Source of the DNA: Candidatus Latescibacterota bacterium
Lineage (GTDB): Bacteria > Latescibacterota > UBA2968 > GCA-2709665
Direction: 5' to 3'
Assembly: GCA_965226795.1 (NCBI GenBank)
Contig: CBDDDZ010000005.1
Location: 2,048,001-2,112,000, forward strand
Length of the DNA: 64,000 bases
A program made the position numbers and the translations under genes. The first letter of the stretch is position 1, and every line of letters begins with the position of its first letter. The notes under the pieces were generated by a model. The model did not search any database. It saw only the letters and a list, made by a program, of their open reading frames with translations, and was not told the DNA's origin. Shown in pieces: positions 57,160-64,000 of this stretch.

Positions 57160-60100
57160 TTATGATTTGCTCTCTATCGCGGCGATTTCTTTCTTAGTGA
57201 GGCCGTAGAGTTCATAGACCATCCTGTCTATCTCTGCTTCTAGTTTGCCGGTCTCAGTATCAGGCCCTACAGTCTTGGCTGACAGGATTCGGTCCATCAA
57301 AAGGATAAACGGAAATTGCTCAGCGGCAGTAAGTTGGGGGCTTGGAATTGGTTCTACGGAAGCATTAATCCATCGAGTAACTCCCATTCCAGAATTCAGG
57401 GCCGTGTTCCTCATAAACCAAGTCACCAAGTTTGAGTTAAGTATGGCGCATAGGTATTTTATTGATGGACCTGACATTATAAATGCTGTGTTTACGCAAA
57501 ATCGGCAATCCATATCAAAGGCAAATCGGCCTCGTTCCGTGAGATCCATCCAGATCAGCTTTTCTTTGCCGAACTCTGCGTGGTAAGCGCAAGTATCCTG
57601 TAATTCGTACCAAGCGTGTACAGTATTCTTCCTGGATTTCGTGCCGTTCGGAAGGGTTCTACCCGACTGTTCTAATCGTGCTTTGCCAAAAGATAGCAGA
57701 TGCTTTTTCACAGCTGGATAGTCATCAATGTTGAGTGTCAGAGCAGGGAAAGTTGCTATCAGCCAGAGACTCGCCCACTCCGCCCGATAGCGTTTTATAT
57801 CCCGTCCGCGGAGCACAGGCTTGATAAGGTCCTCGGAGCTCGGATCTTCAGCGACCAGCGCGTTCTTAGTGTCGTTATCAATGACAAAGGCGTCATTGCA
57901 ACCAGTAAGAACTCCTCGGTAAATTGCTATATCCCAATCTTTCAAGGGTGTTCCTCTTGCCTGCATCTTGTCCATAACGCTTTGTTCGGTGCGTGACAGG
58001 ATGCTCCACGGCTTCTCGCCGTCCAGGCGAGTTTGACCCCACAACCTTTCGTCGGGCGGAAAGTCTTTGGTAGGCAACCTGTCCATGTCTACTGCGCGGC
58101 AGGCTTCTTCGCCAATCCCTTTGCCCTCGCGTAACAGGAGAACGCTGGTGTCAACGATAGTATTTTCAAAAACATCCTTACCCATCTCCAGCAGGCGAAG
58201 GGGCGTGTGGCGCTCATAGAAGTACCGACGAAGGGCCTTGCCGTATTCGGCCTTCAACCAACTGTTGGAGGTGATATAGGCCAACAAGCCCTGGGTAGGT
58301 TTGAGCAGTTGACAACCCTTTTCGTAGAAAAGCTGGTAAATATCCCCGGTGCGGGCAAACGTCTCGAAGCCGGCATTATTGTATAACTTTCCCAACTGCC
58401 CCCCGTTCTTTTGTAATTGAATGTATGGCGGATTGCCAATAACGACATCGAAACCATCTTCGATGCCGAACATATATTTGGTGTCAAACCAATCCGCCTT
58501 TGCATTCTGATCATAGGGCCTCCAGCGGGTAATTTTTCGAGCATCTTCAAAGCTGGAATCGAATTTTTCCTTACGCGCCTTGTACTTTCTCTGTTCATCT
58601 TCCCGCAACTGTTTACGGTGTTCTGGGTTGGGAAATTGTGCAATTTTTCGTTCAATTTCTCGTTGCTGACTCTCCTCCCATTCTGCTCGCTGGTCTTCCA
58701 AGGCCTGTTCCAACTGTTCTAGACAGTTTTTTTCCTGGCGGATGTACTGGATTTTTTGCGGTCGGTTATTCGCCAGAAAATACTTGCGGCGAATGGCGTC
58801 AATTTCCTTTCGATTTTGCTGTACAGCGTCGTCTTGGAGTAGAGAACTGACTTCGGATAGCTGCAAACCGACGAGCGTGTTCGCTGCGACAAAGCGTGTC
58901 TCCAGATTCGGCAGGGGTTTGATGCCAAAGTTGTCGGCTGTCTTGTCTGCTTCCTGCTCAATAGCCAGGGAGATGAAGAAGCGAAGTTTGGCGATTTGAC
59001 AAGCCACGGGCTGAATGTCCACGCCGAAGATGCTGTTCTGGATGAGGTAGAGCTTGCGCCCGAAGTCGCCCGAATACCGCTGGAAGGTTTCACTGATCTC
59101 CATCAATTCGGCATCGCGTTCTTGCTGGTTTCTGGTCTCAAACGCCACGTTAGCCTTTTCCCTGGCGCGTTCCTTCTGAAGTGCTTCCCAGCGGTTGTTG
59201 CCGGGATCGAGCCGCTGCAAAGCCAGGGTCAGTTTGTGCAGTATGCCCATCGGAAACGCACCGGAACCGACCGCCGGATCCAGCACTTTGATTTCGGCGA
59301 TGGCCTGCACAATGCCCTCCTCTTCGGCTTCCTCAAAGAGTTGATGGGCGTCGTCGAATGCGTCTTCATAGTCCAGCAAATACCGAAAACGGTCTTGCCG
59401 GAATTTCGCGCCGCTCACCGTTGGTTGCACCTTTTGTGTGAGCGTCGCCACAAGTGCCTCGTCCACCATGTAGTCCACAACGGCACGGGGCGTGTAGTAA
59501 GAGCCGGTTTGCTTGCGTGCCGTTTCGCGCGTCTCCGGGTTGTAGGCCGCCAACAGGTTCTCAAAGACCTTGCCTAGCAGTTCCGGGTCCAGTGCGACTT
59601 CTTGCTCTATGGGCGTGTTCTCCTCGACCGTGAATTTGTAGTGGTTGAGCAGAGGAAACAGTCCATATTCATCATCGAAGAACAGTGCGTCAGGGACGTT
59701 CAATTCCCGCCAGGCGTCACGACGCGCCTGTGCGGCCCGGGCACCCTCGCTTGGGTCCGGGTCGCTGAACATGTCGATGCGTTTGCCTCCGGCGCTTCTC
59801 GACTCTTCGTCATCGAGGCAGTCGAACAGACCGCCGTTGATGAACGGCGTCTGCTTCATCAGGCTCTCGAAACGCTTTACATCGTCGATGAGCGATTTGT
59901 AGCGATAACGTGAAAAGACCCTGTGGTTAGGCTCCCTCCGGGTACTGAAAGCACGCGCGCCGATCTCGGTGTTGAGAGTTGCGAAGAAGAGATTCTGCAA
60001 GACTGCGCGGTAGTAGTCGGAACCGCCGAATTTGCTCAGCAACTGTTCCACTTCGGCTTGTACGAACCATTCCTCCCGTACCAATCCCTTTTCCTTAATA

Positions 60101-60936
60101 AACCAGACGAACAGGATACGAGTAATCAAACGGATTACCTGTTGCTCCGCAGGCACGGTCGAGGGGAATTTTGCATCCTCAGCCGCCCTCTTGAACCAGT
60201 CGAAGAGTTCGCCGTAGAACCGACGGTTGAGTTCCTCGGTGTCCAGTTTGTCCAACCAGGCGGCCAGGAGGCCATCGAAATTGTGTGGCTTGTTGTTGCG
60301 CCCCATCCATATTACGCACTCGGCCAGCGACAGCTCAGCCAATATGTCCAAATGGGCGCGGTGTGGACCGCCAGGGTTAATCTCTCGTATCAGCGACACT
60401 TTGCCCAGTACATCACGTTTCCGATCCAGCTTGTGCTCACCTCGATGAACAAAGGCAAGAGTTAGGAGATTGGATGTGGTGCGGAAGAGAACGACGGACG
60501 GTTGGTTCAGTCGCTTGTTAATCTCGCGGGTGAATAGCGCGTACTGTCCTCGAGTGCAGGTCGCTTTCTTGAGTTCGACGGCGAAGAAAGTAAAGCTGTG
60601 CTGATGTCCCCTGTCAAAGGAAGCGGCATCAAATGCAATCGTAGGCTGGCTGCTGGCCGCGATTTCGTCGCTTGTCACCTGAAAAATCAACTTCACGGAT
60701 TGCGTTTGTTCGCGAAACTCCTCTTCCGTCCTGGTGTTTTCGTTTGGAGCAGGGAATTCGCTAATAAACTCATCCACGCTTCCCGAAAGTTCCTGAATGC
60801 GCTCACTTTGATATCCCAAGACCTCAAGAATGTCTTTGGTCGCCCTCAGAAATTCGTTTGCTGGCATCGCCGCGAAAACAGATTGTAGGGCCTCCAACAG
60901 ATTGTCCGCGCTCGTTTTCAAGTTTTCTCTGCGCAT
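57160..60936 (-). CDS. Type IIG restriction-modification enzyme (Eco57I/TaqI_C-type)
   Basis: N-terminal AVELK, NGGLF, GSYYTP, LDPAVGSGAF, GNPPY and a C-terminal TRD ending LYGLT. Confidence 0.92.
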   Translation of the reverse strand: MRRENLKTSADNLLEALQSVFAAMPANEFLRATKDILEVLGYQSERIQELSGSVDEFISEFPAPNENTRTEEEFREQTQSVKLIFQVTSDEIAASSQPTIAFDAASFDRGHQHSFTFFAVELKKATCTRGQYALFTREINKRLNQPSVVLFRTTSNLLTLAFVHRGEHKLDRKRDVLGKVSLIREINPGGPHRAHLDILAELSLAECVIWMGRNNKPHNFDGLLAAWLDKLDTEELNRRFYGELFDWFKRAAEDAKFPSTVPAEQQVIRLITRILFVWFIKEKGLVREEWFVQAEVEQLLSKFGGSDYYRAVLQNLFFATLNTEIGARAFSTRREPNHRVFSRYRYKSLIDDVKRFESLMKQTPFINGGLFDCLDDEESRSAGGKRIDMFSDPDPSEGARAAQARRDAWRELNVPDALFFDDEYGLFPLLNHYKFTVEENTPIEQEVALDPELLGKVFENLLAAYNPETRETARKQTGSYYTPRAVVDYMVDEALVATLTQKVQPTVSGAKFRQDRFRYLLDYEDAFDDAHQLFEEAEEEGIVQAIAEIKVLDPAVGSGAFPMGILHKLTLALQRLDPGNNRWEALQKERAREKANVAFETRNQQERDAELMEISETFQRYSGDFGRKLYLIQNSIFGVDIQPVACQIAKLRFFISLAIEQEADKTADNFGIKPLPNLETRFVAANTLVGLQLSEVSSLLQDDAVQQNRKEIDAIRRKYFLANNRPQKIQYIRQEKNCLEQLEQALEDQRAEWEESQQREIERKIAQFPNPEHRKQLREDEQRKYKARKEKFDSSFEDARKITRWRPYDQNAKADWFDTKYMFGIEDGFDVVIGNPPYIQLQKNGGQLGKLYNNAGFETFARTGDIYQLFYEKGCQLLKPTQGLLAYITSNSWLKAEYGKALRRYFYERHTPLRLLEMGKDVFENTIVDTSVLLLREGKGIGEEACRAVDMDRLPTKDFPPDERLWGQTRLDGEKPWSILSRTEQSVMDKMQARGTPLKDWDIAIYRGVLTGCNDAFVIDNDTKNALVAEDPSSEDLIKPVLRGRDIKRYRAEWASLWLIATFPALTLNIDDYPAVKKHLLSFGKARLEQSGRTLPNGTKSRKNTVHAWYELQDTCAYHAEFGKEKLIWMDLTERGRFAFDMDCRFCVNTAFIMSGPSIKYLCAILNSNLVTWFMRNTALNSGMGVTRWINASVEPIPSPQLTAAEQFPFILLMDRILSAKTVGPDTETGKLEAEIDRMVYELYGLTKKEIAAIESKS
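57866..57884 (-). repeat. Right inverted repeat, inside the type IIG gene
   Basis: TTAGTGTCGTTATCAATGA on the plus strand; encodes IDNDTK in the same codon phase as the left copy. Confidence 0.85.
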
Positions 60937-61033
60937 GTCGGCTCATTTCTTGTCTTGATCGTTTGGGTCGGAGATCACGCGTCTGTTTGCAGCGCCTGCC
61001 TGTACGCTACGCACGGGCAGGCAGAAAGTCGGG

Positions 61034-62053
61034 TCACTGCGCTGGCAGGGCCCTGATACCGACTCTCTGTATAATCTTATTTGCCAATTCCCTGAAGTCC
61101 CGGCGCGCGTCATTTGCAGCGGCGGCGTGGCCGCCAATCGCTCCGTCAGCCGTCGTTAGATGAAAAATGGGTTTGCGAACTTCCTGAGCCATGGGCACCA
61201 GGCTCCGGAAGTGTTTGACAGTGGCAAGGGCGTGTTCTGTATCTTGCGTCGGTGTGGACGGGTACGGTCCTTCGTTGTCGTCACACAGGTTCCGCGCGTA
61301 CTCTGCCGGCATTCTATTGACCCACTTGTCATATGCTTTGACGGGGCGGCTCAGGCGGACGCCGTGCTGCTGCACCACGTACCCGACGGGGCGCATCTCC
61401 CCGTCAGGCAGTTGAAATTCCGGCTGCTTCCAGTTTTCCCGTCGCCGCTTCCAGTCTTCCCGCCATCGATTCAACGTAGGTCCGAGGTTGCGCAGGCCCT
61501 GGAGGGAAAACAGGTCGGTGCCCAGGGGAACGATGATGTGATCGGTTGCAATCAACGCCGAGCGATTAATCGCGCCAAGATTGGGGCCAACGTCTGCAAG
61601 AATGACTGAGGCGTTCATCTGCATTGCCCCACGCTGCATCACGGTAGAGAAAGAAGTCAGAATCCGAAAAGGGCGGTAGAGTTCGCCGGAACCCAATGCG
61701 TTAGGCCATTCCGTCGACAGCGTGTCTTCGAATCCCGCCAGTGCCAAGTCTCCCGGTATCAGGCTTAACGCAGGTGTAATTTCCGCAAGCCCCGGGTCGT
61801 TGATGTCTCCGACTTTTGTCAGCGGCCGGACGCACTGCAGGATGGTCCGGTTGGAGGCGTCGTTGTTTTCGTGCCATAGGTCTTCCAACTGTTCTTCATT
61901 TAGAAATCCGGCGGTGAGATTCGCTTGGGGGTCGAGGTCACAGGCCAACACCCGATAACCGATGTCGGATAGCATCCACGCCAGGTGATACACAAGGGAT
62001 GTCTTGCCAACGCCGCCCTTATTATTGAAAAAAGTCAAAACGGGAACGGTCAT
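61034..62053 (-). CDS. ParA/MinD-family ATPase
   Basis: NNKGGVGKT, DLDPQANLT and DVGPNLG. Confidence 0.9.
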   Translation of the reverse strand: MTVPVLTFFNNKGGVGKTSLVYHLAWMLSDIGYRVLACDLDPQANLTAGFLNEEQLEDLWHENNDASNRTILQCVRPLTKVGDINDPGLAEITPALSLIPGDLALAGFEDTLSTEWPNALGSGELYRPFRILTSFSTVMQRGAMQMNASVILADVGPNLGAINRSALIATDHIIVPLGTDLFSLQGLRNLGPTLNRWREDWKRRRENWKQPEFQLPDGEMRPVGYVVQQHGVRLSRPVKAYDKWVNRMPAEYARNLCDDNEGPYPSTPTQDTEHALATVKHFRSLVPMAQEVRKPIFHLTTADGAIGGHAAAANDARRDFRELANKIIQRVGIRALPAQ

Positions 62054-63270
62054 GTCAGGTCGTCCTTGCGAGAAGGTATTATGACTTGAACGTTGTTCAT
62101 ATCAACGTGGAATTCCATTTCTGGATGCCCGGCCTGTCGAAGCAGCCGATTGGCCAATGGAATGCCTATGCCGTATCGTTGCACGAATCCCAAGTTTCTC
62201 ATCGCCTCCGCGAGATTGGGATTCCGGTACGACGTTATGCCAGATCGACCGAAGTTATCTATTGTTACTGAGCCGAAGACTCCCCCGGGACTTAGTATTT
62301 CTATGCGGTCGTCGTACCAATAAACTCGCGTTGGAGTGTAGTTCCCCTCGTACGATCGGTGCATGACTGCATTGCGAGCGATCTGCTGGATCGCTGCGAC
62401 AGGATACGTACTGACACGCCTCTCTCTTGATCCCGATGTAACGTCAACCGATGTCCGGTTGTGTCCGTTCAGCTTCTCGTCGAGGCGCCGCAGCACGTCC
62501 ATAACGGTTCCGCTGATTGCCTCTTCATCGGTTATGTCGTCCGTTGCTTCATTGCCGGCAAATCTCAAGAACTGAATGTACGCTCCCGGCAGGTGATCCA
62601 GCGTCCGTTTGCCGAGTACGAGTAGGCCTAGCACGGTAGGAACGGGATCAGCAGCGGAGGCAATCATCTTTGTCGCGGCCAACCGTTCTTCGAGAGTGCG
62701 TTCGTTGGCTACCAGAACTTCGCGATCAAAGGCCTGTGGCAAGTATTCATGCTCGAACTGGGAAAGGTTGAGATCGCTCAAGGCAGCGAAAGAAACCGGA
62801 TGAATGTCGAATGGGCGATCTCCGTACTGACGTCTTTCGTTGAGGATCCTTTCATCTTGTGCAGTGGCTGTCCCACGGCGGGCACCCGTTCGGATGTGGA
62901 TGGCTCCTTTGTATCGAACCGGCGGCGAATTGGATGGCTGCACGGTAATCAACGCCAATTCTCTTCCCTGCAGCGTACGCTTTTCCACCGTCATCGAGGG
63001 CGGAGGGACGATATTCCCGTCGGTTTTCATATCAGCCAACGTCTGGAGCACCCGATCCGTTACACTGAAATCACAAATCGTCCCATCGTCTTTCACGCCC
63101 ACAAGAACAAGGCCCGGAGTATCGTAATCCGGCAAGTCATTTGCAAAAGCGCAGATAGCTTCCCTGATCCTGGTAGTCGCATCACCAGACAGTGTTTCCT
63201 TGAACTCGACGCGATCAGACTCGCCGGCTTCGACGATACGTATTAGATCCGCTTGTGTCAGACTTGCCAT
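62050..63270 (-). CDS. Schlafen/AlbA_2 domain protein with a RecG-C/HATPase_c_4-like domain
   Basis: GESDRVEFKE, ICAFAND, GVKDDG, NAVMHRSY, DRIEILSPG and RNPNLA. Confidence 0.88.
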   Translation of the reverse strand: MASLTQADLIRIVEAGESDRVEFKETLSGDATTRIREAICAFANDLPDYDTPGLVLVGVKDDGTICDFSVTDRVLQTLADMKTDGNIVPPPSMTVEKRTLQGRELALITVQPSNSPPVRYKGAIHIRTGARRGTATAQDERILNERRQYGDRPFDIHPVSFAALSDLNLSQFEHEYLPQAFDREVLVANERTLEERLAATKMIASAADPVPTVLGLLVLGKRTLDHLPGAYIQFLRFAGNEATDDITDEEAISGTVMDVLRRLDEKLNGHNRTSVDVTSGSRERRVSTYPVAAIQQIARNAVMHRSYEGNYTPTRVYWYDDRIEILSPGGVFGSVTIDNFGRSGITSYRNPNLAEAMRNLGFVQRYGIGIPLANRLLRQAGHPEMEFHVDMNNVQVIIPSRKDDLT

Positions 63271-63454
63271 TTTGACTGTTCCGTCCAATTAAGCATGTTT
63301 TAAGCTTACACGTTCAAAGATAACAAGCCAAGTTACCAACTCAAAACCAGTTCGGTCCGGTTGTGCGGATTTCACGGGCAGCCTCGTATCTCGCCCGCCG
63401 TGAATCCGTAGTTCCCGAATATGCGTTTCTTTTTCACACCGCCCACGTGGGCTG

Positions 63455-64000
63455 TCACGGCGTTCGATACCTTGACGTAATAGGCCATTTGGTTAGTAAC
63501 TCTTGCTCCTCGTAACACGTCCGACGGCGTAGCTTTTTGAGTGCCTTCTCTCTGATTTGGCGAATCCGCTCGCGCGTGAGATTCATCATTTCGCCGATTT
63601 CTTCAAACGTCAGGCTCTCGCTGCCATCCAGGCCAAAATAGAACCTGATAACTTCCGATTCCCGTGGTGTGAGTCGCTCAAGCGCTTCCTCTATATTTTT
63701 CACTGCCGACTCGCGCAAGATGTCGGTGTCAGGGGGAGCCGTTTTCTCATCGACCAATGTGTCGAGCAGACTACGTCGGCCATTGGAAAGGGGTTCGTCA
63801 AGCGCCCACACTTCAAGGCCACTCGATATGGTCTCCAAGACTGTTTCAACTGTGACTCCGAGTTCGACAGCGACTTCTTCCAAGGCCTCTTGGGACCGCC
63901 TTCAAGTTCGCCGGCACCTGTCTCCTGGGCTGGCTCAGTAACCCAGTCCTGATTAAGTCTGCGCGAAATTTCTTTGAGCAAATTGACTTTATTTTTCGGC
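63455..64000 (-). pseudogene. Sigma-70 (RpoD/RpoS-like) 3' part with an apparent frameshift; 5' end outside the window
   Basis: Region 4 LTPRESEVIRFYFGL..TFEEIG..LTRERIRQI. The region-3 entry PKNKVNLLKEISRRL is in another frame, and the region-4 frame has a TGA just upstream of 63883. Confidence 0.7.

Noticed and set aside
61034..62053. ParA as evidence for a plasmid or prophage
   Set aside because: No parB, rep, conjugation or phage structural genes in the window.

Overview
GC-rich bacterial chromosome segment. An FCB-superphylum affinity is only an inference from DUF4837, ComEA-like and LpoA-like genes. A ~41 kb housekeeping and catabolic core (12.2-53.5 kb) holds aroQ, accD, a LysR regulator, ferritin, a Cus-type RND metal efflux operon, a GroES-family gene, tRNA-Leu(TAA), tRNA-Cys(GCA) and sugar/uronate catabolic enzymes. 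Two defence islands flank it. Left island (1-12.2 kb): a type I restriction-modification operon (hsdM-hsdS-hsdR, then an SPPY-type methyltransferase) interleaved with toxin-antitoxin modules, a REP-associated HUH/Y1 transposase (RAYT) and five GTAG-footed palindromes. HsdM is fused in frame to a PIN nuclease, hsdS is bracketed by two palindromes, and the spacers are mosaics of hsdR, hsdS, hsdM, hicB, PIN and RAYT relics. Right island (53.7-64 kb, visibly less GC-rich): a TIR gene with an in-frame TGA, a Cre-like tyrosine recombinase, a type IIG RM enzyme, a ParA-family ATPase, an AlbA_2/Schlafen protein and a frameshifted sigma-70 gene. The best candidate system is a silent, inverted second C-terminal target-recognition region facing the type IIG gene. 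The two are joined by a 19-bp perfect in-frame inverted repeat beside the recombinase, which predicts an invertible specificity switch. All calls come from reading the sequence and recognising motifs; no searches were run.
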